Shown here piece after piece: positions 8,550 to 25,711 of a stretch of 56,293 nt of DNA. The stretch lies in NCBI GenBank assembly GCA_048128005.1, contig JBEUKZ010000123.1, positions 434,001 to 490,293 of the forward strand, in the 5' to 3' direction. Every line of letters starts with the position of its first letter. Positions within the stretch are counted from its first letter, which is position 1. This DNA is from Veleropilina oligotropha (lineage: Eukaryota). The notes beneath the pieces were generated by a model that ran no database searches, was not told the origin of the DNA, and saw only the letters and a list, made by a program, of their open reading frames with translations. The position numbers and the translations under genes were made by a program.

Positions 8550-9372
8550 TGCTACGACCGGTTGTAAGCAGATGGCTACGATCGGTCGTAAGTAGATGGC
8601 TACGACCGGTCGTAAGTAGATGGCTACGACCGGTCGTAATTAGATGGATAAGACCGGTCGTAAGTAGATGGCTACGATCAGTCGTAAGTAGATGGCTACG
8701 ACCGGTCGTAAGTGGATGGTTACGACCGGTCGTAAGTAGATGGTTACGACTGGTCGTAAGCAGATGGCTACGACCGGTTGTAAGTAGATGGCTGCGACCG
8801 GTCGTAAGTAGATGGCTACGACCGGTCGTAAGTAGATGGCTACGCCGGTCGTAAGTAGATGGCTACGACCGGTCGTAAGTAGATGGCTACGACCGGTCGT
8901 AAGAAGATGGCTACGACCGGTCGTAAGTAGATGGCTACCACCGGTCGTAAGTAGATGGCTACGACCGGTCGTAAGTATAGATGGCTACGACCGGTCGTAA
9001 TTAGATGGTTACGACCGGTCGTAAGTAGATGGCTACGACCGGTCGTAAGTAGACGGCTACGACCGGTCGTAGGTAGACGGCTAGACCGGTCGTAAGTAGA
9101 TGGCTACGACCGGTCGTAAGTAGATGGCTACGATCAGTCGTAAGTAGATGGCTACGACCGGTCGTAAGCGGATGGTTACGACCGGTCGTAAGTAGATGGC
9201 TACGACTGGTCGTAAGTAGATGGCTACGACTGGTCGTAAGTAGATGGCTACGACCGGTCGTAAGTAGATGGATACGACCGGTTGTAAGTAGATGGCTACG
9301 ACCGGTCGTAAGTAGATGGCTACGACAGGTTGTAAGTTGATGGCTACGACGGGTTGTAAGTAGATGACTACG
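8550..9372. repeat. 24-bp minisatellite (~34 copies) GCTACGACCGGTCGTAAGTAGATG, probably inside a Helentron/HINE-like element (~8487-9535)
   Basis: Direct tandem units; adjacent (GGAC)n tract; TTTTCGCC / GGCGAAA sub-terminal inverted motif and CTAGTT end. Confidence 0.9.
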
Positions 9373-9794
9373 ACGGGACCGGACGGACGGACGGGCGGGC
9401 GGACGGACTCGTTAGACCTCCTGGAAGCCAAATCGAGGACATATCTGATTTATCCGAAATACGAGGAGCGTAACATCCTAATTTGAGAACGCCTAACGAG
9501 AGCCATAAGAGGCGAAATAATATAGGACTAGTTTAATATTCTGAATCTGCTACTCAAATATTTTAGTGAAAATGGTTCATAAATGTTGATAAGAAATATC
9601 GCTTTTGCCCTGTCAGAGTGCAGGAGAGGGAGTTTCAGGCTGTTGATTGCCAAAATTTTCATTCGAATGGGTCCCCGCCCCCACGCGAACAGTTGATAGT
9701 AAATTCAGCGCCACCCCCTAAGAAAAATTCCTGGATCCACGCCTGCATTAAATAATATAAATATCCTCAAACTCCGAACAGATTTCCACTTTGA

Positions 9795-10085
9795 TCCCTT
9801 TGATATACAGGTGGGTAGTTATGGAACGAATTGCCCCAAACTATCAACCATGCTTTGTCTGATCAACAATTTAAGAAAAAGCTGGTTATGTATTTAAGTG
9901 AACATTAGTAGGACTCTTTTCTGTCCGTAAACATGTATATATTGTTTATTAAATTTAATGTATTGTATTATTTGTGTTTTTTATTGCTGTATTTAAAAGA
10001 CTGCTTTTGTGTATAGGGGGACTCAATGAAGATTCCTTTTGTTACTAAATGTACTCGCTCTTTAAATGAAGTTATTATTATTATT
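9795..10085 (+). mobile_element. 3' end fragment of a CR1/L2-type LINE
   Basis: Translates LWNELPQTI...QQFKKKL, followed by a T-rich UTR and a (TTA)n tail. Confidence 0.65.
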
Positions 10086-10428
10086 AAGTTGCAACGGCAT
10101 TACATTGTTGAAGTAAATCTCATTGTTTTAAAACAAATTGCGGATTTTAAAAAGGCCATTTACGTCCTGGGAAACCGAACAGATGAGATGTAAACGACAA
10201 AAGTAGCCTGTAGTAGTCAAATTATGACGTTACTAATACTACTCTAGTCCTCGCTCGAATCAGTATTACATTATTGCATGACACAATATCACAAACATCA
10301 TCACACATGCTGGTGCTTTTTAAGGGGGTAGTTCTCTGTCTTGTCAATATTAACGTTTGTACCAACGTAAGATTTGCAGATGCACTAATTGAATAATGTA
10401 ACGTTATCATACACGGTTTCTATTTTAG

Positions 10429-10619
10429 CTCCGCCTGGATTTGGCACACGACATATATTGGCGGCCATGTCGTTTCTGGGGTTCGTGAACGTTTATGCTT
10501 TGCGTGTGAACCTAAGTGTGGCCTTGGTTGCCATGGTGAACCATTCGGACGTGGAGGATAGCGCCGTGAACCACGAATGTCCACAAAACATCACATCAGA
10601 CAGCGGAACAGGAAACAAG
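10429..10619 (+). CDS. SLC17/sialin-like exon 2
   Basis: TTTTAG acceptor and GTAAAT donor; encodes GTRHILAAMSFLGFVNVYALRVNLSVALVAMV (SLC17 TM1). Confidence 0.93.
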
Positions 10620-11107
10620 GTAAATGACATAATTATATTGTTTGTGAGACTTTTTTATTTTTATGACCGCTAGGCAGTCTATAATAATTACTAAAAATCT
10701 TTACCGGTAAGTTTTTATATTAAAATTTGAAGAAAATGATATAACAAAGAGAAATGTACAGAGTATTTTTGTAACTATTCTAATAATGAAATTTTGAATT
10801 TTCATGAACATTTTATTTCGTTAACCATTTGTCATTCAATTTCATTTATTTTTCCGGTTAATTCATGTGTTCACACGACGACCAGAGTTGATTTTAAAAT
10901 TTAATAATTAGTTAGGGCAAATTTTAATTTTACAAATTACTTTATAAGGTCATACATTTATAAATGAATTATTATATATGGTAGGTATGATATTGATTTT
11001 TTTATTTTTCTCATATTCTACCTGCTTTGTACACGGCATCAAAGAACATAATAATATTAGCATTCGCCGGTTGGCTATAAATAAAATGCCCTCTTTTTGT
11101 GCTTCAG

Positions 11108-11341
11108 TATGCCGAATTCAACTGGGACCACAACACCCAAAGTTTCATATTAGGCGCGTTCTTTTTTGGCTACATGGTAACACAGGTCCCCGGGGGTTGG
11201 CTAGCCGAGAGATTTGGCGGGAAGCTGATATTTGGGTTCGGCATTCTTTGCACCTCCGTGTTAACCCTGGTCACTCCGCTGGCCGCACGATGGAGCGTGT
11301 GGACTTTAGTCGCCGTCAGAATCATCGAAGGTGTTGGAGAG
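11108..11341 (+). CDS. SLC17/sialin-like exon 3 (234 nt)
   Basis: FNWD...[24 protein letters not shown]...[16 protein letters not shown] boundaries. Confidence 0.95.
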
Positions 11342-12833
11342 GTAAGTTGGGAGTGGATCTGATTATTACTCTAGTGCATTATATCGTCTCTTGAAAATGA
11401 CAGGTATTCGTTATTTTGGCAGCACGCGAGTGAATTGGGGGCGACGTTCTTATAAACTTCACCACCAGACGCCCAATCTTATTGAGAATAGTAATAGTCA
11501 ATTAGCATATACTTAAATGAAAGTCCATCATATAATATTATACCGACTGCGCTGCTTTGCTTCAGTGCGTTCAATCCTCGCTTCGACGACTTTGTGGAAT
11601 TAATAGTTACATTTATTCAAATCTGGAGGGAACTGATGGGTATTCCCATGTGGCTTTCACATATGATAATATGGATATGTCCTGTTATGCCCTTTAATAA
11701 TGTGGTTACATGATACAATAAGCACCGATTCGATTCAAAAGTAGCATCAACCTGTTCATAAGAACAAACTTTCCACTGGTTCATAAAATCCGAAAAGAGT
11801 TTTAATAATCAGATACTCTTTGCATCTTAACACACTGGATATATCAACCAATGTTTGGACGGGATACTGGTTTGGATAATTTGAATATAGATTATACGCT
11901 AAAGAATAATAAACAAGGGCGATCCGAAGATATTGCAAACACTCGCCCAGGTTAGAAGGATTACAAAGGTGTCACCCAGATATATCTTTGACCAATAGTA
12001 TTCTCGCTACAGCAGAACACCCGAAAACCGGATATGGCGTCTTAAAGTCCGGATCTTGATTTTGACTTCGCCAAACAAGATTGTTCGCGATTAATGCCCC
12101 AGTCACATTTCCACCGATGGCTGTTCCGAGGCGCTACCGGGCTCAAAATCTGTGGATTTCAGAGATGCTCGGTCGGGCGCCGAAAGGTCACCTGTGACTT
12201 TTGGACATCGGTAGCACGCCGGTAGACACATCGGAAGAAAATAACTCGGAGTTATTTTCTCCCGGCGACCGGTGGTCCACACCCCCATCGGTGATAGATC
12301 GGTGAGCCTAATGCATTGATCTGTATTTTGAGATTCGCAATATTCGCCGAAGGCGACAATACTTAACTTGCAATAATAAAAATTACTGCATGGATTTGTA
12401 TGAAATTTCCAGAAATGGTAGATTAATGTATTCTTTCTTATATATGTTTAAGTGGCATGTCTCTATTCATGAACTATCGCAATCTCGATTATTTTAACAA
12501 CTTCGGGACAAAAATGACTGTTATAAATTATTGTACTATGAAGCGTTTTAACGCTACCGCCCAAAATACGTAATCCGGAAATGGTGTCATAAAATCCGGA
12601 TCCGGAAACAATCCGGATCATCTCCCAGGAGGACCGAGTCAGGGATATACCATATCTTGTCTACAAAATTAAGTAAATATGTTCAATATTTGTCGAGTTA
12701 TGCGTATGGGCATAAATACATATATATACATATGAAACCGATGGCAGTACCATCGCTTCTCCTACGTAGATGATGGTAATTATCGTATTTATATAAAATG
12801 TGTACATTCTCTGATTGTCGTTCCTTGCTTTAG

Positions 12834-12921
12834 GGCGTGACCTATCCTGCCATGCACGCTATGTGGGGAAAGTGGGCGCCGGTGCTTGAGCGAAGTCGGC
12901 TCTGTGCGTTCTGTTATGCAG
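12834..12921 (+). CDS. SLC17/sialin-like exon 4 (88 nt)
   Basis: [27 protein letters not shown] boundaries, phase-consistent. Confidence 0.93.
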
Positions 12922-13000
12922 GTGCGATAAGATATATGTCTTAACAGAGATGAGAGATTAACATTTAAAATATATCACTAAAGTGTTTCTATAAATGAAA

Positions 13001-15801
<2,801 letters not shown>

Positions 15802-16581
15802 AATCACAGTTGTGACGTCATCCATTGTTCTTTGTATCCATTATATGGTATAATGTTCAGAAATCTTGAAGTACTAGTACTAGTAACTGTCCAATATTAA
15901 TCAGCTGCTGTTCATTATTTCGACCAGGTGTCCATTATTACGCTTTATAATGGACAGCGTAATAATGGACAGTGACAAACTAAAAATAGACAATTATTTC
16001 AGATATAATGTACAAATGATCAGCAAGGTAACAATTGACTTTCACACGAACTAAAACAACAACAAAAAGGCAATTTGTAAAGCGTTTAATGGACACTTAC
16101 TCCAGTTTGCAGAAGTTCAAAATAAATATGACAATACAATATATACAATATATTTAACAATGCGATTTTTATCGATATAATATTATGTATATCCATTGAA
16201 GAAATATCTTTTCTTTATCACGAGTTGTATGTACCATTTTTTCTTTCCATCACGAATTTCACCTTGGATATAATATCCTTTATATATCCTCCAAATACGA
16301 CCGTAAATATCACATAATATGATATAATGTTGACGATGACGACGACGACGGAAATGAATATTTCGTATAACGTGTTTGAATCATATTTGATCAATCACAA
16401 TTCATAAATCCATCTATCGAATTCCGAAAAGAATGCGAATAATCATGATAATCCAGTAAACCTTGTAAATCAAATGCATATGGCTCCATTATTACCAGAT
16501 TACGAGTACATCCATTCGGAGTGATTAATACATCGCATAGGTCCATCCAATGCCCGAAATTCTCTTTACGGTTTAAATTAT

Positions 16582-16985
16582 AGAGGGGATCTCACATTCG
16601 TGGTCATTTAATATCACATTTATGAAACGAGTTAACTAATTTCATAAATGTGATATTAAATGACCACGAATGTGAGATTCTTTTAATCATATATCTGATA
16701 GTTATAAGGAAACAAGCTGTACAACGCTGCTTTTAATTTTGTTGACCGCTTCTAACATACCACAATTATGCGGCGTAGTAATATTGCAGAAGGTGAAATT
16801 TGTAAATTGATTGTTGACGTCATGAATATGTGGCATTGGGTGTGAAAAATATTCCCGTTTCTACCTACTCTATAAAGGTTAAAGAGCAACAAATGCTGTT
16901 ATGAAAAGAACTAATGTCGCTTTATCAATATTAAACTAATCCAACAAGCTCTATTCAAAGAACATGAAATGCGTGTCGCGCGTGA
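16582..16985. mobile_element. Palindrome-ended repeat, copy B (inverted, internally deleted relative to copy A)
   Basis: Perfect 39-bp stem 16589-16627/16640-16678 with a 12-nt loop. Confidence 0.75.
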
Positions 16986-17999
16986 CTAATATGTATGTCG
17001 ATTTCGCTTTCATCGACACAATTTGACGTCTGCTCCCGAACAAGGAACATACTACAAAAGTTTCATATGACAAGTCGTATACGACTTGATTTACTGTGTG
17101 GCAGGGTCTTAATTGTGCTTCGATTAGTAAAAAAACAATTGTTCCCTCTTTTTCAAATTTTTGAGATTTATATTAGGGATGGATATGACCTAGATATTTT
17201 ATAATCTGTCGGCAGACAAGCTCAACTGTCCCTCTGTCGGCTATATTGGAAAAAAATCCAATATAGCCGCCATCCCAAGAAAGGAATGCCATATAGGAAC
17301 TTACGTCAAAACCTCATAGATTAGTAAATATAATACCTCCATTTTGGGGTTTACAAGCATGATTAAGTCGATTATGACATTATTTATTCGAAATTAGGTT
17401 AAGATCAAATCCCCATTTCAAGGTAAAAAATGGTAAAAAAACAAGCAATGTGGTCATCACCCGAAAGACACGTTTGTGGAAATGGATAATGACATTAATA
17501 TCACTTTTACAGGTTAAGGTCAAGTCCAAATCACCATTAATTTTCAAAGTCGAAAATTGCATATAAACGCGCAATATGTCCGCCACCCGAAACACCAAAA
17601 ACTATAACTTTTAGTCTGAATGGATATCTCGTTTGGCAGTTATGTAAGTTACAGCGCTACCCACGTGTAATGTGCTAATTAATGCGTCCTGAGAGAGTTG
17701 AGATGTGAAATAGGCCCATATCCTAGGTAATGTCAAGCGCATTGTGATGATTGAATATAAATACGCTATATATAAGAACGAAATTTTATTATAATATTAT
17801 TATTATTAACCATGTTTCGATCATTTTGCCAACTCTGATTGCTTCTGAAACAAAACGGTTTCAGATTTAGTTGTCAGAAGGATAATTCCATCCCCTGTGA
17901 TATGTCCCACACAGTGTCGATACGTTCAACATGTGAAGTCAGCTGGCTGTTCGAAACGGAACGTCGCTACATCAGGTTGGCGCACCATTTAAGTCACAG

Positions 18000-19950
18000 C
18001 CGGCACATCTATGACCATCATTGTTGAGACGCTTTGACACTTCTGAGCCCCTGATCTCAGCGTCTCACTGTCAAAGACAGAGGATGGCTCACGCTGATCT
18101 CAAATCTGAGGTCATGATCAGTTTTCAGAATTGCGTTGCCACTCTCTCTAAGCACATCCACGTATGTCATAACGTCAGTAATGAATCAAGTTTAGAGATC
18201 GGGCGAATCCGCGTGATGAGCGTTGGATGAGTCGCACATGATCAGTATGTACTCTCAAGCTGACCAATAAGACCCACAAGGTCAGGACCTGTCTTCATTA
18301 TCATAAATGCCTTACAAGCCACCACCACTTGCATATAGTATTTTATTGCCTTGTTCGTAGGACTGGTTTTGGCAATTAGCGAGAACTTGTGCCATGATCG
18401 CTGACCGATGGAAATCCCTTCTTAAAATACTCGTACACATTAGGTTGTTTGTCAGGCAGTTCGGTCAAATCATTTACGGGGATTGGCACCCACCCTGCAT
18501 AAATGGTATGATCAACCGCAAAGAACAAGGGACGGTAACATCGAACTCCATTTTCCACAAGGAGTGCACAAACGGCACCTGATGGGCTCCAATTCGATGA
18601 TACGAGACCAGTACTTGAACATGTGTGCATCCTCATCACGCTTAATTCTCACCACGCTTCACAGTAGATACATGCATGCCTCTTGCTTGAGGTGTGACAG
18701 ACATACAAGCGAGACATGGTGAGCATAACGTATGCGTTTAATGTGATGGTCACCCACTTCATTCTCTGATCCGTGGATGAACTTCCAAGCAAAAGTTGTG
18801 CTTTGTTCTCGATATGAAGTCAATGTGCTCCCATCATTAAGACATACACGTCATGTCGGAGATCTATAGGGTGCACGATGACATAATGGTTTGAGAGCCT
18901 GGGTTTTGATGTAGTTGGTTGGTTGCAATTGGTAACTGTCTTCTACTCCACGTTTTAGCCATTTGTTTGGAGCCTTATCGCAGTCGGGACGGCTGGTTTA
19001 GGGTCTCACTCCGAACTGACCGACATGTATAGGGCATATGCATTATATTACTGTTAACGCCGGAGCGGGAGGCGAAGCCACATCCTTTCGTCCCATTTAT
19101 TAACTTTTTCCGATGCTAGTTGACCTATCAAGGACAGTTAGAGTTCGGATGTAAGAACTGTGTCAATTTTAACTGGTCGAGGAGTAACCTTCAATGCATA
19201 ACTTAAAAAGTGATTGGGTAACAATGCCATGGAGTTCGTCATTTGAAAGGTTGCTGGTCTTCTTGTGTTCTAAATTGTCCACATCCCCAGTTGTGAAGAC
19301 ACCTGATCGCATATTGGTAAGCAAAACAACACCATCTTCTTCAATCCTCTAACAAACGCTTTTCGCGTTAACTGTAATCGCGGAAACAATGTCATAATCA
19401 ACTTCCTCTCATTGAAAACCCTAAAATGGAGGTATTCATTATTAATCTGTGAAAGTAATGGTATTCTGTCTTTCGGGTGGTGGCCATATTGCGAATTTAT
19501 ATATACCTTTTAGACCATGGATTGGTCATGTGTAGATCTGCAGTTTGCATGTGACCTAATGATCATTTGTCATTGCTCGAGACATTCGAATGATGGTCGA
19601 ATGGACGGTGTGCATTGTGCCAACACCAAATGGTACCTCTTCCATTATGTCTAAATCACCCCAACGGATGTGTGACAATGTGGTATGGCTGAATTGCAAA
19701 TGGGAGTAATGTGATTCACTTATCAACGCTCTTGCACTTAGCAGTTTCCAGCTCAAGGGGAGTTGAATACGAAAGCGGTTCATCATTGAGATAATTTCAA
19801 CATTGCCAATAAGTTGCCTCAATGTTATCCCAAGTACCAGATGAATCGGCATTGCCCTTCTTCCCTTTGTAGCATTTGTGCACAGGTCTTGAGACAAAGA
19901 CAACACAAATATCTCATTTCCCGTCAGTTAGCACATGAGAGGTGAAATCT
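18000..19950 (-). pseudogene. Decayed Academ-like transposase fragments
   Basis: Broken frames: SQDLCTNATKGRRAMPIHLVLGITLRQLIG..NRF; GVFTTGDVDNLEH..LHG; PLFFAVDHTIYAGWVP..DL..LP...PNVYEYFKKG. These resemble Academ transposase motifs as I recall them. Confidence 0.65.
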
Positions 19951-20681
19951 TTAAGACATGACGAATGATTAATTATATCACTCACATTTTGGGGAATTCA
20001 TTGTGGGCACGTGACAACCTTGAGAAGCTTCCTGTAACATCTTTGACTTGGAGACCGGGATTTCAAAAGCGTAACGCACTGCTTAACCCGTTGGAACTAC
20101 AGATTAATGAACTGACTTTTATTTATTTCAATGCGTTTTATCTCATTCAAATTATCCCATACATTAATTTCGTTTTAGTCATTTTTAGTTTTTATTTGTT
20201 CAATTCTGTATATTTCTGTGTTGTGTTTCATGTATTATTGTTTTAGCTCTCGACCTAAGCTTGTGGAAATAGGTATTACACCCACTAAGGTTATCGAGTT
20301 TAAATAAAGATTATTATTATTATTATTATTAATATACAGGATCAGTTATATCGTTAGGTTGCCAGACTTGAATATGACTTTCAAGCTGCATTGTTGGCTT
20401 TGTGACTATTTTCAAGTGTGAAATATAAGTGGCGTTCTCATAACATTGACATCCACTTGTACAGTTAACCATGCCGAAAACTGGATCATGCCATAAAGAA
20501 AACCATCTTCTCGGATAGCGACGTTAAACTGAGTTCACGCCTGCTATGTGAATTTGTATTTAAGAGTTCATAATATGTTCGGTAAATAAATCAATTTCAC
20601 ATTGCATCGCCATTCACAGCAAAGGGATATTTCGTTCCTACTAGACGCCGAATTGTATCTTTATAAATTTATATCAATATA

Positions 20682-21380
20682 CAAGGGCGGATCCAGGATT
20701 TTGAGGAGGGGGGGGGGGGGGGTTCCAACTCTTATCAAATATACTATCAACTGTTCGCGCGAGGGCGGGGCAAAAGCGTTATTTCTTATCAACATTTGTG
20801 AACAATTTTCACTAAAATGTATGAGTTACTCAGTAATTTTTTCCTTTTTTCATAATCTAACACATGCACTTCTGCTTTCAAACGTGGTGTCCAGACCGCC
20901 TGTATCCCCAGAAAAGTCAAGAAACTGTGTGGAACTCGATCCTTCCTGCATTTGACACGACATTTTTTTCACTAAAATGTATAAAGAAATTTCTCGTTTT
21001 TTCACAATCAATTTTTTAATTTTCTAGAGGGGGGATGGGCGGACCCCCAGAAAATGTTGATAATTAAAGATGTGAAACACCCTCTCCTGCATTCAGCCAG
21101 TGCAAACGCGATATTTCTTACAAAACATTTATGAACCGTTTTCATTAAAATGTATGAGGAAATATTTCGGGGTTTTACGCTATGCAACACATGCATTTCT
21201 CATTTTCGAAAGGAGGGGCCGGACCCTCTGATTGTCAGAAAAATTTGACAATTATGGTGTGAAACCCCCTCGTATGCATTTTGACACTATGGACCGTTTT
21301 CACTAAAATGTGTAAGTATTTCTTTCGTTTTTTGTCTCATTCAAACATGCATTTTTGATTTTCAAAACGGGGGGGGGGGT
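20682..21380 (+). repeat. Dispersed MITE-like family with CA(A/G)GGGCGGATCCAGG end and ~160-bp internal repeats
   Basis: Related segments at 9540-9745, 23070-23217 and 24530-25130 share the CTCCTGCATTCTGACA..CTTATCAACATTTATGAACC motif or the terminal motif. Confidence 0.65.
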
Positions 21381-24300
21381 CTGTGGGTACGATCGCAGTC
21401 TCTGGCGACTGTTTCTTACTCAAATCAATACATGGGACCCAGAAATTGTGATTATAAACACACTGAATCTGAGATCGTGCTCCCGCTGAGTATGAAATTG
21501 AGCAAATCTCAAGGTACCTCCGAACCTATCTTAGAGCGTACTCGGGCATAATGGCGGCCAATGTAGGTCACCGCTTCAAAAACAGCGACGTACGTAATTA
21601 TCCCCTTCAAGTCTTGGCAGGCGTGTTATAGCTGGGACTACTTATAGTAGTCCCAGGTTATAGTAATACATCGTGGACAAAATGGTCATTTTTATGCCCC
21701 GCGACTAAATTCGAGCGGGACAATAGCGTTTTGGATGCCTATTCGCCAATCATTCCGTCTGTCCATCCGCCGACATTCGGCACAATCAGCTAGCCTACTT
21801 GGCTTACATGCAGCGATGAGCCTCTATATTTTGTGCACCCATTCATGATTAACAGTGTATAGTTTTACTATTTAAGTCGCTAATATGTTTAAGATCAACT
21901 TATTAATAATAAGAAATATTTGTTCATAGGAAATCGATCATTTATTAAAATTAAACGAATCATAAATATTTGTTAAATAGGCCTAGTCATAATTAAATAT
22001 TAATAATTGTATTTTAAATATAAATAATTGAAATTTAAATAGCAATTAATGATTTTAATTGTTAATGCATTTTAATTATTTAGAGATAATTCTATTATTG
22101 ATAGAAGCCATGCGAACATTTAGCGTAGCGTAAAATTAAATAATAGGCCAATATGGTAAATACATTAATTTTAGGTAACACAATCTCCGTCCACAATGAA
22201 ATAGTATACATTTTTACGAAAATAACCAAACATTCTTATACATTGTCATAACAAAATTTGCAAAGCATTTAGCCGAAGCATGCCCCGCCACACAGTAAAT
22301 CAAGTCGTATACGACTTGTCATATGAAACTTTTGTAGTATGTTCCTTGCCATGACACACGGTAAATCAAGTATCATAATACATCCTAGGCTCATGTAATT
22401 TTATTGGTAGAATATGGTCTGCGAACCCACTTCACCTTGCTTCCGATTGGTGGACAAGGAAATTTTCATGGCACCAGTTGTACGGAATAGAGCATGTTTT
22501 AATGCGTAAACCCAAGTAATAAAATCCGTACACCTTTATGTTATTTTAAGGAACCGTTTCTTAAAGCATATGCATTAAAACTTTCCTCCCAGAATCTCAA
22601 CGCCCCCGCTTGGTGCAGTATTTTCACTTAAAGAGTTGATATATTTGTTATTCAACTTCCAACTTAATATCATCTCCAGGCTAAACATGTGGGAAATGCG
22701 CCTACGATAACGGATTTTTTTCTTTCTCTGTGTTGGCCGTCCTTTGAATCTGATAAAACAAAATCTAAACGCCGCTATTGTCAGTTAATCTTAGCACGCA
22801 ATTTTCCAATCATAATATGAAGAACATACATAATAAGAAATGACTCAGTCACTGATAAGGTGCGAGTCTTTAATTAACGAAATCCCGCCTCGCCACTTCG
22901 GATTATACAACCATGTCATGAAATCATCATTTGAATTTGCATCCTTCAATTTACAAAAATGTGTACGGAACTCGTAGGATTTGTACGAAAGTGAACATAC
23001 AATTTGCCCCCCCCCCCTGAAATCTGGAAAACGCGGACGTAAAACTAAACTGATTCACATTAAATAAAACGCTTAGAGTGCAGGAGAGGCCGTTTCGTAG
23101 GAATGAATCCAACGCACAACCGTTGACTTAGGGTTCCGATAATCACAAGGGTCCTGGGTGCCCTTTTGGGATTGGCCCGACCCCCCCCCCCTTTGGAAAT
23201 TCCTGTATCCGCCCCTGAAACTAAATGCAATTTTGCATCAAAATGTAATCAAATGAAATGAGTTTTATTACTCGGGTGTTCCAGATACAGCTATGTCATA
23301 AAAATCTCGTATCTTACGGGTGTTGGATAAACGATTGACCTCCAACCACCAATATTGATTGGACAATAGAAGTCTGCTGGTGTTAGGTCACGGGGCTACA
23401 TTTTTATGAATGTTACAACTTGTACTATCAAACAAATGTCTCGCGACTGCCGTCTGAACGAGATCTTATAAATCAATGAAAACATCATTATAATGACTAA
23501 ACATTCGTAACATGAATATTCATATATGTAAATGTAGCCACAATGAACTAGTATTTACAAATAATAGAGTTTCTCGAATATAACTAAAACACGCACCGGC
23601 GGTGATATCCGTAATGTCCGTGTTGTTCGTCCTCGTGCTTGGAAAACGATCGACAAGATGTCCGATATCCATTTATAAGCTTTATGCCACCGTGGGGGCC
23701 GTTTTATCTGGCAACAAATTCGAAAGCCGCGTCTGCTAAAAACCACCCCTGGTTCAAACGTCAACCAGTTGATCAAAACAAACATGCTGGCACAATGAAA
23801 TGAATGACGTTTACGGTGTGCATCGCTGGTAAACGTGTCACACAGCACTCGGGGAGAAAAACGATGAGTCTTCAGAAAATAAGGTCCCATTCATAAAAAG
23901 TATGCAGATTTCCGGACATAAAACCACACGGAACATCAATAACTGCAGTAGCATTTCACTATACATACAGTAACGTCAACTTTGCAATATCATCAGTTCG
24001 ATATCGTTGATATTTCAGCAGCTCCAACCGCGATAAATGTAACGACAACTCCACATTTAATGTACACAGTATATAGTCATTGAATATCTTCAATTCCACT
24101 TTACGCCACCGAAATATTGCTGTGTGATCAACGTACGTCATGATCGCATAGCTAGTGATCCAGACAAAACAATCTACGCGGAGGCGTAACAATGAAAACG
24201 CCATATGCAAATTTGGCGCTATCAATCGAGTGTTGTTTTGAAACCTCTCTATATAAATATAAATGATAGTGGTCATTAAAAAATACTTAATTAATAAATA

Positions 24301-25337
24301 AAATATTACACTGGTTGTCGATATGTACCATTTTACGTGACTCGTATATATATATGTCTGACGGTATTTGAACTCGCTTTCGCTCGTTTTCAGATACCGT
24401 AGCGCACCGATAATATAGTAACTGTTACAATTGTGGAAAAGAGGGACATTTCGCGCGTGACTCTCAGCAAATGGTTCAGAATGGTCGCACATCAGCATAT
24501 AACACGCAAAACCGGCGAATTGGTTCATTTCAGGAAAATGGGATCACCACGAAGAAGCCACAACAATTTTGACAATTAACGGTGTGGAATCCCCTCTCCT
24601 GCATTACTGCAATGCAAACGCGATATTTCTTACAAACATTTATGAACCACAATTTTTTCGTTTTTACCACAATCAAACACATGCATTTCTGATCTTCATA
24701 GGGGGTCTCGATCACCTGTCCCTCATCCAGGAAAATTTGCCTATTAACGGAGTGAAAACCCGTCTCCTGCATTCTGACAATGCGATCGTGATATTTATTA
24801 TCAACATTAATTTTATGAACCATTTCCCTAAAATGTGTGAGTAAAATTCCTCATGGAAATAAGATTTCTAAAAGGGGTCCCGACCACATGCCCCCCAGAA
24901 AATATTGCCAATTTATGGTGTGAAGCCCCGTCTCCTGCATTCTGACAGTTGAAACGCGCTATTTTATATCAACATTTATAAACCATTTTCAATAAAACGA
25001 ATCAGTACGTATTTCGCTTTTTTGACAAACAATTTCTGATTTTCAAAAGTTAGGGATCCAGACCACTTGGTGAAAGAAAATCGCGGTATTTCTTATCAAC
25101 AAGGAAGAATCATTTTCACTAAAAAGTGTCAATACGCCACACAAAATACTGTCAGAATACCGACGATCACGGAAAATAAATAATCCAATATTTTCTTTAC
25201 ATTTATGCAATGTATACGCTAACCACTAGTGCTTGTTTTTCAGTGGAATTACTTGTTTACAACAAATTTTTATTTTATTTTTGGGGGTGGGGGGGGGGGG
25301 TGGTGGGTGGGGCAGTGCCCCCCCCGGCTCCTAAGTC

Positions 25338-25681
<344 letters not shown>

Positions 25682-25711
25682 AAGAAGGTAAATAATGACT
25701 TTTGACTCATA

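Noticed and set aside
8550..9372. CRISPR-like palindromic repeat array; ORFs 8540-8854 and 9081-9431
   Set aside because: Units are head-to-tail with no unique spacers, no cas genes are present and the context is eukaryotic; the ORFs are repeat translations.
20682..23217. Single hAT-like element bounded by CAAGGGCGGATCCAGG / CCTGTATCCGCCCCTG
   Set aside because: 8-bp flanks (TCAATATA vs AAACTAAA) do not match; likely separate copies of a dispersed family.
23959..24528. 189-aa minus-strand ORF
   Set aside because: No recognisable domain, composition typical of AT-rich intron DNA, no splice support.
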